A stretch of 64,000 bases of DNA, taken from NCBI GenBank assembly GCA_043228905.1, contig JBHGNT010000005.1:17050001-17114000 (forward strand), written 5' to 3'. The translations under genes were made by a program, and so were the position numbers. How positions within the stretch are numbered: the stretch's first letter is position 1; each line of letters begins with the position of its first letter. The stretch comes from Azolla caroliniana. Its lineage: Eukaryota; Plantae; Polypodiophyta. Of the stretch, positions 36,291 through 48,939 are shown one piece after another. The notes beneath the pieces were generated by a model. The model ran no database searches, had not been told where the DNA came from, and was given only the letters and a program-made list of their open reading frames with translations.

Positions 36291-38289
36291 TCTCTCTCTC
36301 GCTCACTATGTACTTGCCTCTCACACTCATTCTCTATGTGTTACCTAACTGTCTACTGTTTGTCCAGATGTGTCTGCATGTACAAGCTTCCACAACTTAC
36401 TTTTTACAAAGAAGAGGGGTTATTTCAAGTCGCCCATTTTGTGTTTTGGAGTGTACCATTAGTATTTTGGGTTTCTCTTCTAATCTTTGTCTTTTTTGAG
36501 CTTTAAATTTTGTGAGGTTTCTTCTTCTTCTTCTTCTTCTTCAACTCAATGTACTTGAGGCCTTAAGGTTTCATTTTCTTCTTCTTCGTGAGCTTTTGGG
36601 TTTTTGTTCTCGCTCTTCTTCTTGTTCTCTAGCGCACCTTGAGACTAATTCGCTAGTAAGTGCCATTATGCATCAGTGAATTCAAAAGAGGGGTTACGAA
36701 AACTAGTACACCAATCTTCTAAAGGGAGGACAAAGTGGCACTAGAACATTGTTCTGATTTGAGGCATTGTAAAAGTCAGAGGTAGTTGTAGTCTTGACGG
36801 CCCACTTGACTTGCACATTCATCGAAAACTCGGTTGACTCCCAACTTTTGTTTCCATTTAAACTTGATTGTTGTCTTCTAATTGTTCATTGTTACCACCA
36901 TTTTATCTAATCATTATGTACATTTGTAACCCTATTTTATAAGGGATTTTTTGTTCTTAATCTAGCCTTTTTGGCCTACAAAGTGGCCCTTATTCTTATT
37001 TTTGGTGCAAAGCCTTCGTAAATTTTGCGCGTTTCTTGTGCTAATCACATATTTTGATCATTACCTCACGTGTTAACCATTGTTTGACTTTTCGCTTCCT
37101 ACAAGCCTTTAACTTTGATGAGCTTTCAGTCTGGGAGCCTTTGAGTTTGAATTTGAGGAGCTTTCGATTCTCAAGAGCCTTCAAGTCTAAGGAACCGTCG
37201 AGTTTGAAGAGCTTTTGACTCCAAAGAGCTACCGAGTCACCTAACATCCGCACTCTCTTAGTCTTTGCGTCGTTCGTCATCGAAGACCCCCATAGTCTCA
37301 CATCAGTAGCACATGCATGCGCATTTACGTGATATCGCTATCGTAAAGGGATATGACCGATTGGTGCCACCACGATTCCACACTTGCCTCCACTACAACC
37401 ACGCATCTCGACTTGGTTCGGTGACCCAACACTCCTTGGAGATCCACCTAATTCGACTCATTGGAGTTGATTTACATTCTAGACTCAAAGTTGTTTTGTA
37501 TTATTGTTCTTAGGGATTTATTTGCATTATTTTGGAACAAATGTTGTGTAGTCAAAACCATGTAATGTATTTCATGTGCACCATATAACGCACATGCAAA
37601 GTTTCTCTACATGTGTGCCACATGGCCCACATGCTTTATATCGCGCACATGCACAAACTTCTCTAGGTGTGTGCCACGTGGCCTACATGTAAAGACATCA
37701 ATTTAGTATAAGAGGGGAGGACGTCTGTCATGGGGGGGGGGGGCAATCAAAGAGTCTTATTTTGTAAAGGGTTTTTCTCTCGAAGAAATAGTGAATTTCC
37801 TATTTTGGCATTTCCTCTTTGTCTGCGTTTGAGGAGTAGCGTTGTACTGTATTTTCTTTATAATTCTCAATTTTGACGTTTGTTTTTGACGTTCTATAGC
37901 TCGTTGGAAACCTCTTCCAGAGGGCTTTCCAATCTGTTTGCACACTTAATTTGGTTATGTAGGTGGAACGATATAAGGTTTTTTGTCTTCACGGGTAGGG
38001 CTGCAAACCACTCGTGAGTATTCAGATACTTCCGGCTCGACTTCCCACTCTTCTCTTTCATCTTCTTATTTCCCCTCTCCTGGTTTAGAACTCCAGCGAT
38101 TCCGCCTGGACACACCAAGCTCTTATACGCGACGTGCTTCGACACGACATCGCTAAGAAAATAAAAGAGCTAGACAGACATACAAACACAAAGCACAGAC
38201 AAATGTAGATAGATAGTAGATGCATTGAGATGAGAAGGCCATTCCATTCCATTCATTCATGGGTTCTCTTCCTCTTCCTTCTTGTGCTA

Positions 38290-38490
38290 CACGTATACAC
38301 ATACACATATATACATACACATACCCATACCCATACACATATGCATAGGCATACGCATACACATCATACACATACACATCATACATATACACATACACAT
38401 AAGCATATATATACACATACACATACACATACATATACATATACATATACTGTGTACATATATATATACATACATACATATACAGTATAC
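38290..38490. repeat. Compound (CACATA/CATA/TA)n microsatellite
   Basis: Seen directly in the sequence, just upstream of the LOG-like gene. Confidence 0.9.
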
Positions 38491-38572
38491 TTATGAAGAA
38501 GGAAGAGGAGGAATCGAAAGGGCTATTCTCTGATTTCCTTCATTCCTTCACTTTGATGGAGCGACGGGATGC

Positions 38573-40545
38573 ATGATGCGGACAGCCCATCATGCCCCTC
38601 CTCCTCCTCCTCTCCTCGATCCTTCCTCTCTGCACTGCGATCCTTTCTCCAGAAGAAGAAGAAGAAGCAGCAACAAGCAGCTCTTGATGAGTCATGGTGG
38701 ACGCCCACCACTACTCCCCCGCCGCCGCCTCGCCATTACTCACTACACGCATGCCTCCTCCTTCTCTCCACACATCTCATGCCAAGCGAAAGACGGACAG
38801 AAGGCTTCCTACATCCAAGAGCTCAGCACCCGCTCTAGTGCAATGGAGGTCATCTCATTTCCTGCTCTTTCCTTTTCTATGATATGTGCATTTTCTTTTC
38901 TTTCCTTTTCTTTGCCGAGGATGAGGAAAATAACTAAGAAAAAGCAAGGAATGTGATGGATTATCATCCGCGGAAAGTGGTTCGTCTAATGGCTATATAT
39001 GAGACTTGCTTACCAAAGCTGATCACATCACGGAGCATCACAGTGTGTGGTGCTTTTCAACCCTACTAAGTCCCTTTGGTTTAGGGCCAATCGGTTATAC
39101 TGACTCCCCATTGCCTTTTCCAAGGACAGTCGGGAAATTTGGCACTGTCAGAGTTTCTGATTCTCCAGCATTCGATTCTTGTGATAAGTGATTTTGCATT
39201 TCATATTTTTGGGGGACATGGTGACATGCTTGTAGTATATCGCTAAACCTGTCCATGCACCATCTCAATAGCAAGATCATGGCAGGGATTGTAAAGGACT
39301 TACTACCTCAAATGGCGCGATAATGCCGGATTTATGAGACAATTCACAAGTGCTACCTGGCTATCCAGTAATGGGGAAATCGTGTAGAATAATAAATGTG
39401 ATGATACATGTAGTCAATTCTCTACATGGTATTACTACAGTACAAAGCAAAGATCCATTTGAGCCTTCTAAATGTCAACAGCTTTGTTCACAACAATTGG
39501 ATTTATAATCTGACAGCACTTTATTTGTTTTAGGTAAGAAAAGAAATTCTCCTTTGCTACGGATTGATTCAACAACTTGGCAAAGGTGTAGTGTACTTGG
39601 GCTCATCAAGAACAAAACAAGACCATCCACATTTTTTACAGGCAGTAGAGCTAGGCAGAAAGGTCTGGGTTTTGAACTTGGTAAATTGTCAACTACTACT
39701 CTTATGTTCATTCGTATGTTTCTAAATCCCTATGTATATTTTGTGTTAAGGTGGCGACATTGTTAGATTGTACGACGTGGACGGGTGTTGGGCCGGGCCT
39801 AATGGATGCTGTTGTGAAGGGAGCACTACAATCAGGAAAGCCTGTGGGAGGTTTCAAAATATCAAGGGAGGCTGGAGAGTGGACGAGCTCAAGTACCCAT
39901 CCATATCTAGACAAAAATGTCTATGTTACTTGCAGGTAATCTTAATTTGATCTCGCATTTTCACATAGGAGTTTTGAAAAATAAACCTGAGACTTTAGTA
40001 TCCTTAAAACACAAGAATTTGTTGATTCCATATCTGGGGATCGTAAAGTTTTTACTGTTGGAGTTCTTATGAAATATTGGATAAGGAGTTGAAAAGTGTA
40101 TATTCTATCTATGGAGTTTTTGTTTTGTGTTATAATAAGAGAGTCATTGTTGATGATTGGGGCTGTGTGATGATGCTTGTTTTGCAGATTCTTTTCGGCG
40201 AGAAAACATGGTCTTGTGGATGCTGCAGTACGGGATCATTGTCATGAGAAAACGGCTTTTGTGGCTCTTCCTGGTGGTATTGGTACAGTAGATGAAATCT
40301 TTGAGATTTTGACATTGATTCAGCTTGGACGCCTTGGTTCCAAGTATCCGGTTCCTTTTCTATTGATAAACTATGATGGATTTTACACCAAACTTCTTGA
40401 GTTTCTGACAACATGCAAGGCATGGGGTTCAGTTGCTGAGGGTGAGGTCGAGAAGTTGTGGACTATATGTGAGAACAATGAAGAAGCTTTAGAACACCTG
40501 TCAGCTTTTTATGGTATTCAGAACCCAGATATCAAGAATGCCTAG
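38573..40545 (+). CDS. LOG (Lonely Guy)/lysine-decarboxylase-like family protein, about 315 aa; exons 38573-38848, 39534-39662, 39751-39935, 40188-40545
   Basis: GT-AG introns give a continuous frame: GVVYLGSSR, GVGPGLMDA, RFFSARKHGL and the PGGIGTVDE (PGGxGTxxE) motif. The S/R/P-rich N-terminus resembles a transit peptide. Confidence 0.9.
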
Positions 40546-41686
40546 GAAAATCATTCTCAAAATTGGCATATAATGATCTTCACACACACAAGCACACTTG
40601 GCATGCATAGATCCATGGATATTATCCATGTACCCACACCCATGCTCACGCCCACGCCCACTCTCACACATGCACCCTGCAAACTAGTCTCCTCTCCTTA
40701 CCTATAGCCAATGATGATTTGATTGACATGGCTTGGTTCTGGTTAATGGTTTAGTGACCAATGGTTTAATTAATGATTGACACACTTTTCAAACTGGTTC
40801 GTTTATCCAATTCTTGGGATGTTTTTGCAATGTTATGCCCTTATTGATGTTTTAGTTATGATGGTATTTGCTTTGATTGGAAGATTTGCGCATTTTTTTG
40901 TAAGTTTGGAAAAGCTAGTTTGAAGTTTAAGAGTCAACATCTTCATAGCTATGAAAAGGTTGCAAAGTTCTATATGTTGTATATATATATACAATTCATG
41001 TTTTCAACTGCAGATAATGATCAGTATTTAAAAAGTTTTATCATGTTTCCATTGCAATTGAGTCATCAATTGTAGATAATGATCAGTGCATAAATTTCTT
41101 TATCATGTTTCCATTGCATCATGGGGTCATCATGGCATTTATAATTCAACTTAATTGTTTGCTGTGTGTTTTCATGCAACACAATATGGATGATAGTAAT
41201 AGTGTTGTGTGACATGCATCAAAACATGGGTAAATCATAATAGATTGTCTTGTGTGACAGTTTTCTCTTTAGGGATTTTGATGCATGTAACCTTGCCTTG
41301 TGCAATTATCGGTTAATCAATTAATGGTTCTATCTTTACAATAATCTAAACTTTTTGGAGTGTAATTATTAACAAATTCATGTCCCAACTAATTCCTCAT
41401 AAGTTCAATTAGGAAAATGGCATCTTATTTTAAAGAGCGAGTATTATTGCATATTATTCCCAAAATAGGATATGAACTTCACGCAAGGCTATATTTGGTT
41501 GCCACAGTGAAAAGAGGAGGAATGGAGCCACGTCTAACCTTTTAACTGAACTCAACTGAACTCAACTGAACTTAGCAACCATGTCCGCAGGAGAATTGTC
41601 TATATATAAATTGTAATGCCCATGAGAGAGGCAAGAAACTGGGGGAGGGGAAGGTGCCTAGATACTGACTGAGCTGAGGTGCAGAG

Positions 41687-43875
41687 ATGGATCTTGATGG
41701 TACAGGTGCAGAGGTGGATCTTGATGGTGGTAGTAAAGAAGAAGAAGAAGAAGAAGACAAGTTGTATTATGTGAGCACCCATTTCGGTGCTTCATTGACA
41801 GATGTGTTTCTGGCGGTGCTGCCCTTGTATCATGCCACTCCGGGTGTAGACGATACCAATCGGCCGCCTTACTGCCCATCCCTTCAGAACACATGGCAGG
41901 CCAACCTCTCTGCCATCCTCATCAACCTCCTCAACCTTGCCCACATGCCCCTCCACCTCACCGGCCGCTCCCTCGAGGCTTTTCTCAACTTCGTCCATCG
42001 CCATCTCTTCTCTTCCCTAGACGGTACTCTCGGACACAGCCCAGAGAGGCTTTCTCTGATTTTGTCATGTCACCATCATCATCATCATCGGTTCCCTTGC
42101 TTGTTTGAAATTTTGATCTCCTAACTTGATTTATTGGTTTCACTCCTTGATTCATGTGATATGTTAACTATACCACAGACCCTTGGTTGTCTGAAATTTT
42201 TGATTTCCTAACTTGATTCATTGGTTTCACTCCTTGATTTGTGTGATATGTTAATTAAACCGCAGACCCGCCGTACGATTACTGTCATTAGCTGGCTCAA
42301 TCCACGCCTGGATTTACTCATCACTAAATCCCTGCCTGGATTTGCATTCAACTGGCTGGCCCCACCAGATGGGATTGTTACCAATGAGTTCCTCGACCTC
42401 GCCATCATGGCATCCAAGCTTGCCTATGAGTCCGAAGAAGTCCAACGATATGGCGTTATGAAGAGATGGAAGGTATCGATAGCATATTGATGTGTAACAG
42501 ATGTATGTTTATTATCTGTGTGCGGTAAGGCACATAATGAATGCATTTTAACAATGGTTCTTTCAATTGATTTAAGTACTCACTAATCATGACCGTACTT
42601 TGTTGATGCATCAGATGTCGTATTACAAGTTCTACAACTGTTATAATGGTAAACACATCAGTGAACATGGATGATGATCAATTCGGTTAATAATATGAAT
42701 GTGAATTCTTTAAGTATGCACGAGAAAAATCTCTCCATGGCATTGTAAACAGTAAGAGGAGTTCCATGCATGCATGCCCTAGTTCCAACTTGCGATATAA
42801 TATTTTCCTTTCATGTAGATCGTGTCGATGCCAATACGACACAAGCTTTTGTATTCACTGATAAGCCCACTGATGCTAGTATCATATTCCTTGCCTTTCG
42901 GGGAACAGAACCCTTCAACACTACTGATTGGTGCATGGATTTTGATTTCACATGGTTTGAGCTCGGCTATTGGGTTGGTGGTCTCCACATCGGCTTCTTG
43001 GAAGCTCTAGGCCTAGTAAATAGAGACAAGAAATGGACATTGAAAACATTGCGGGAAAATGTCCTTAACAAAACACCGTGCGCTAGTGGTCTAAATAGGC
43101 CTAACATACTGAAAGCCCAAGTGGATGGGAATAAATTGCTAGCATATGATGTCATTACCCAAGACATAGAGGATTTATTACAAGAGAATCTGAATGCCAA
43201 GTTCTATGTGTCGGGACATAGCTTAGGGGGGTACCTTGGCACTTACTTTTACTAGCATTCTCATATTGATGAGATGTGAAGGCAACACTATTTTGGAGAA
43301 GTTGTCGGGAGTTTATACATTTGGGCAACCGAGGATTTGCGATAGAAAATTCTCCAAGACCTTGAATAACAAGATGGAAGAACTAAATGTAGACTATCAT
43401 AGGATAGTCAAGACTCTACTGCAATGACATGGCTTGCCGGGTCCCGTTCGACGACGATATCTTCCAATTCAAGCATGCAGGGCATAAGTGTTTCTATTAT
43501 AACAGTGTTTGAAGAAGAGGTATCAATTTATAACTCGTCCTAATACCAATGTTTGGAAAAACATGTATATATCAAAGAACATTCTAGTATAAATTATAAT
43601 ACACTAATTAGTATTGTGGGATGGTAGTTTGAGCCTTCTTAGTTTTACTCTACTACAGATCTTGAAGAGGTACCCAATAAGAACTTCTTTTCTCCACTCT
43701 TATGTGATTCCAATGTGGCTCAATACTATTTGGGAGTTGGTTTGAGGGCAATTCATATATGGCAAGGACGTCAAGGAGGGAACATTATCCATCTTACACA
43801 GAATCGTGGGCCTTCTTCTCCCTGGGGTTTCAGCCCATATTCCAGCAGATTATGTAAACGTGATATGATTAGGCG
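41687..43875 (+). pseudogene. Class-3 triacylglycerol lipase (OBL1-like), disrupted
   Basis: Exons include 42266-42472, 42615-42648 and 42819-about 43520. Motifs MASKLAYE, AFRGTEPF, GHSLGG, YTFGQPR, YCNDM..RVP, PNKNFFS, SAH..DYVN. Frameshift in the G6 run (43226-43231), a 7-bp insertion (43410-43416) and in-frame stops in the last exon. Confidence 0.85.
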
Positions 43876-44427
43876 CACCGATCTTCATTAGAAAAAGGTT
43901 TGGAGCTCGATACATGTCAAAGTGTGGCAAAAATGAGATGGCCAATGGTTGAGACAGAAAAATACAAATTTCCCTCTTCACTACAATGTAGACCATGCTA
44001 ACATCATACATAAAAGAGGTAGAACCTCGTAACGTAGAAGTTCAGGTACATCAGAAGCAGAGGATATGGCAACATAGAAGTTGATGTGCACAAAATATAT
44101 ATGTATATATAGATAGATAGATAGATAGATGCATACATACATACATACATACATACATAGAGAAGAGAGTCATGACAAATACTTCTTGTACATGATGAAT
44201 TGTACACGGTCAAAAGGTATGTGAACAAGTCAATAATAATTGACATGTAGGTCCTTCACTTAATACAATGAATATGAGGACAAAGAATGTTAATTAGTTC
44301 CATCCCATGTGTTTTTACAACCTACATATGCCGAGAATTAGTGTATAAATGGAATGTGTAGTTTGATTTGATTCCAAAGAAGCTCACAACCTTATTTTTA
44401 TTACTAAATGATTCGTCTTCATTACGA

Positions 44428-44543
44428 GGTTAAGATTTCATGAATGGGGATGTAGCTTGCATGGTTGTAAAAATGTCAAATTTTAAGGTTAAGATTTCAT
44501 GAATGGGGATGTAGCTTGCATGGTTGTAAAAATGTCAAATTTT
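44428..44543. repeat. Tandem duplication of about 58 bp
   Basis: AGGTTAAGATTTCATGAATGGGGATGTAGCTTGCATGGTTGTAAAAATGTCAAATTTT occurs twice. Confidence 0.9.
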
Positions 44544-45283
44544 ACAAGCAGCACAAGTTATCAAATCTTTGCTACAAAGTTTGTCTTCAACATAATCCAT
44601 AGTACAAAATTTTGGTGTAAACAACTATATTCTGAACACAAGTCTAATTAACCTTTTCTTGGTTCTATTTTGTTCCAGTATGGAAAATGAATCTTTATGT
44701 TTGGATAACATAATCTTTTGAATTAACATGACTCCACATTGAGCATAAATACAAGTTTTGTTGGACATGTGTGCCTTCAACCTCTTGTCATACCTTGAGA
44801 ATGCAACATCCCTCATCAAATGTAAGGGTTATTGAACATAACAAATAACTCTTATAAAGCCAAGAGTAACTCCCCACTCACATCATGACAAGTGAGAATA
44901 TGGAGGTTTATAAACCAATTTCCTCTCTTTTAGTGTTGGTTACATAGTGATTCAGGAGGTGTCAATCCAAGAACAATATTGAATCAGCAAGGAAAGGGTA
45001 AAACAAATTTATATTAACAAGAGATGAGATGACACAAAGTGTGTTGCAAAATGCATTGAGCCATAGTGCTTCCATAATGAAAATAACATTTGTGTACATA
45101 ACTATGTTGAGCTTATGCATTGTCGCCATCTAATGTCATGTAAGATTGTCAGTTCATCCATGTGTATATTTTAACGATCATGTAAAGTGTTGTATGTCAT
45201 GGAATGTTAATGTGATAATACTCATGAAACCATCCTTCTCTTTCAAGGAACGTGTACCAATACACAAACTAATTGTCAAGAGA

Positions 45284-45540
45284 TTAAGGGGATTCTTGGA
45301 AGATCCCAAGTTTGACCTTTGACATATTGCCTAAACAATTAAATAGGTAGTATAGTTTGTTATGAATGACCTTCAAGTTCAAAATGGCTTTAACCTGATA
45401 GTCCCAACAATTAACAAGTTGAAGATGATGTTGGGGAGGAACAATGTGATGTGGAATATAAGAGCTTGAAGCATAAGGTTCCAAAAGCGATACACACATG
45501 AGAAGTGAAATCTCAATGCAACATAATGCCATTGGGTGAA
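45284..45540 (-). mobile_element. Old chromovirus remnant (integrase C-terminus and chromodomain)
   Basis: VSLLEPY...PPQ...YQVKAILNLKVIHNKLYYL resembles the 34200-34400 translation. Confidence 0.5.
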
Positions 45541-47299
45541 GGCATGCTATAGTGTACTAAAATTGCATTGTTTTTAGCAACAAAAAAGCAGGCAAATTTT
45601 CATATTATGAGTACTAAAAATTAAGAAAAAATAATAATTACGACAAAAAGAAATATTTTTAGGGAGTGGGGTGGGGGTAGTACAAAGTGCAATAAAGACA
45701 AAAAATGGAAGGAAATGGTTGTGAGAGGTCCAGAGGATCTTACCAGTTTGGCTGATATTAACCCCTCACATTAAAGTTTTCACCTTTTTTAAGTTTTTAT
45801 TTTTATTCAATTTTGAAGCTACTTCTTCCTCAACGTTCTTTTGCCAACTGAGCCTTCTCGTAACTGAAATTTGAACCTTATAACTAAGATTGAATTGATC
45901 TCATAACTAAGATTGGAAACTTATATATGAATCATTCTCCTAACTCAAATTTCACGCTTTTTCCATGGGTAACTTTCTGCTAATGACACTCTTGGAGCTT
46001 CCTCCATGAATCATTGTTCTAACTCAGATTTGAACCATCTTCAAACATGAATCCTCCTAACTCAAACTTGAAGTTTCTTACATGAACCATAAGTGGCTCA
46101 TCATAAATCATGGGGGAAGTTCTTCCTTACGTTCATCTTTCTTCTCATATTCTCATGTCGATTATTTGAATGTGCATCCTTCTTCCCCAATTTCATCATT
46201 TTCATATCTGAAATCATGGCTTTCTTGTTTATGAATTTTTTATGTGATTCCTTGTCATATTCAATTTCATATTCTTATTCCTTGGAAGAATGTTGCACGT
46301 TTATCATCTTTCTTCTATTTCTTGGTTTTCATATTTGAAATCATGCTATCATTGATTCTAAAATTACTAAGATGGTTCTTGTTGATTTATTATGCTTGCA
46401 GGTCCCATTTGGTAACGTTACTCCATTATTTCTTATTCTAACCTTTATTACATTAATTACTTACCTTCACACTCTTTTTAAACAATACACATATTGAGAA
46501 TGGTATTCATCAATGAGATTGAGGTGTCTTGTTTATAGATAGACCGATGTAGCAAATCACTATCCGAAAGGAGGAAGAGACGGGTGGTTCTTCACATAGT
46601 GCGTTACTTATTGGATCCTAATGATATTATTTCTATAGAGTGTTATGCCATCAAATTTTGAATTAACACATAAAAAATATTAAGTTTAAAGATTAGTGTG
46701 TTTCAAAGGAGATTGTTGAGTTCATGAAGTCATCTTTACACTTAATGAAAGGGCTAGAGAGTGTAGATAAGCTTGCTACACAAAGAGAAGCACTTCACAT
46801 GGTTGTAAATGGGGTAACAAAGAAAAAATACAGTGATACAAAAGTTGCACTATCCCTTGGTATTGAAAGGAGGGCCTTATAGAAGCATTCGAAAAATACA
46901 CAGCTGTTTCCGATTCGTCCTCCTTCAGGCCCTTGACCACATTTGCCCATGTCTTGGTCTTGGCTTTCGCTCGGTCGGCTCTGTCCTCCTCGACTCTGGC
47001 GCCTCTCTTGCCCTTCTCGACTTTTCCACCCTTCGGTTCGATTGGGTTTGATTTTGGCTTTCCTTTGTTCAAAAGTTGGTATACTATAGCTAACTTTTAC
47101 CCCATTATCTAGCTAGAGATCAAGAATGGACCAAAGCATTGACAAACTAACTTGTCACATTGTTTTGTCTTACACCTAATCTCTAAAAAAGATTATTGTT
47201 GAGGCATGTACAAATAAAACAAACGAAAGAGCACAATTGTAAATGACCAATTCAGTTTAATATCATTGCGAGTTTTATAAAGGACGATTTCAAAAATAT

Positions 47300-47547
47300 C
47301 AAGCCAAGCTAGCTAGTAAACCAAGAAATTCGACGAATCCATGAGAACCTACGACACATGGGAACAAGTGGCGATTTCGGAGCATAAGGAGTTGTGCTTT
47401 ATCTCCTTTTAGAGAGCAATGAAAAATGCACTCTCTATGTGTGGGGTAGATTTTCCATTCTACATTCATGTACATACATAAATGTCCTAAACCTAGAATG
47501 TCCAATAGGGACAGTGTGAATACGTCCATTATACCCCGTATTCAACA
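47300..47547 (-). mobile_element. Solo-LTR-like fragment related to copia-3/5 LTRs
   Basis: Minus strand TGTTGAATACGGGGTATAATGGACGTATTCACACTGTCCCT matches the LTR starts at 17037 and 47944. The left boundary is uncertain. Confidence 0.6.
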
Positions 47548-48132
47548 GTTTGTTGATTCCTAGCAAATAGAATAGTGGCGTTTGTGTATTTGTCCCTCAT
47601 TATTTCTACCTCTCAATCAAGTAATCTAGGCTATTGTAATGTGCGATAATGTTGAGGTCTTTGTTATGAGCATAACTATAACCATAGTTGAGTTATCTCA
47701 ATCCTACAGTGGAAGATAACTTTAGAATGTTAAATTATCATGTGACAACTATTTATAAAAAAAACAAGCAAGTGGGAAATGCACAGAAAGGCCTAGGAAG
47801 AGGCATCTATTTTCTTTATGTTTTGATATAGAGACTCTGATATTGTGGCAAAGTTGCACGTTCATACATGTGTGGTTCCTTATTCAAACCCAAGGTATGA
47901 TCCATGTCTGTACACGGTGGTATGAGACACCGGGGGGGGGGGGTGTCGAATACAAGTGTATAATGGACGTATTCACACTATCCCTTTGTATAGCTCAAGT
48001 TTGGGCCATTTGTGTAATTAGCATAAATGGTAGTTGCCCTAAGTCGGTCAATATATAAAGTGACCTAGTAACCTTTTTGTAAGGTTGGTTGTATTATTTG
48101 TTTCTATGAAATAGAAAGAGTCTTTGTGCCTC

Positions 48133-48164
<32 letters not shown>

Positions 48165-48939
48165 GTGCACGATCTTGGAAACTGCCGAACGCAGGTACAA
48201 AACAGCAATCGAATGCTACTTGATCTTCCGCATTGACGGCCTTGTATACAACATCTGGTATCAGAGCCAGGTTCCTCAACCCGTTGTCGGCCGTCGTCTC
48301 AGCCTGCACAGCGTTCGGTTCCTTGCGTCATTCGAAGAAGGGAGAAGAAGAAGAAAAACGAGGCTTGCATCTCATCGCGTTAGATCATCTTCGCTTGGAG
48401 TAAGCCAGCAGGTTGTACTCTATTCCTTGTGATCGTAACCGCTCGAGGTGAAATCCCCTTGTGCAACATTGACACGATCGTGCTCCATTCGGTTAAACGG
48501 CATCCGAAGAGATCATCAAACGCTGCTAGCCGCTCATTGTAACCACTCGGTGCAGATCGGTCTCAAGACAACAACCCCAATTCGTGCTTCATCCGACTGA
48601 TCGACATTCGGGAGGATCAGTTGGATCCGTCTCTCTCGTCGCTGCAGTCACCCGAAGCAGAATCGGTCCAGACAATCGGTTTCAATAATCGGTATTTGGC
48701 ATATATATTCGGAAGCGAACCGGGCTCACTCCGACTCGGCAACATTCGGGAAGACCAGTCGGTTCTGTCCCTCAAGTTACCGGAGTCCATCCGAGCAAGT
48801 TCAACAATACATATATCCGAAGCCGAACCGCCTCGGGTTCAAATCCGACTAGAACGATATCGGGAGAGCCAACCGGCTGCACTCCAACAAGGTTCGTAGT
48901 CAACTCCGAACCGAGCTTCGTCAACCGAAACCAAATTTG

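Larger units (their letters stand above)
3349..36408 (+). mobile_element. Old Ty1/copia element (host of the nest), pol largely deleted
   Basis: 5' LTR in pieces: 3349-3468, 10553-10723, 11229-11343. Met-type PBS TGGTATTAGAGC at 11344-11355. Gag remnants DKSNYASWAYK (about 11484-11516) and YWSYVDG...ARKLQLKQELNKI (12065-12405). Partial 3' LTR 35635-36408 ends in CA. Decayed TSD GATAA/AAGAA; the flanks rejoin into the repeat unit seen uninterrupted at about 2860-2890. Confidence 0.7.

Noticed and set aside
38153-38533. His/Tyr/Met-Cys-rich ORFs
   Set aside because: Translations of a compound microsatellite.
38573-43875. LOG plus lipase as a functional gene cluster or horizontal transfer
   Set aside because: Both are ordinary intron-containing plant genes, one is disabled, and nothing links them beyond adjacency.
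46900-47075. K/E-rich ORF fragment as a gene
   Set aside because: Short, no recognisable domain or splice context; more likely a retroelement scrap.
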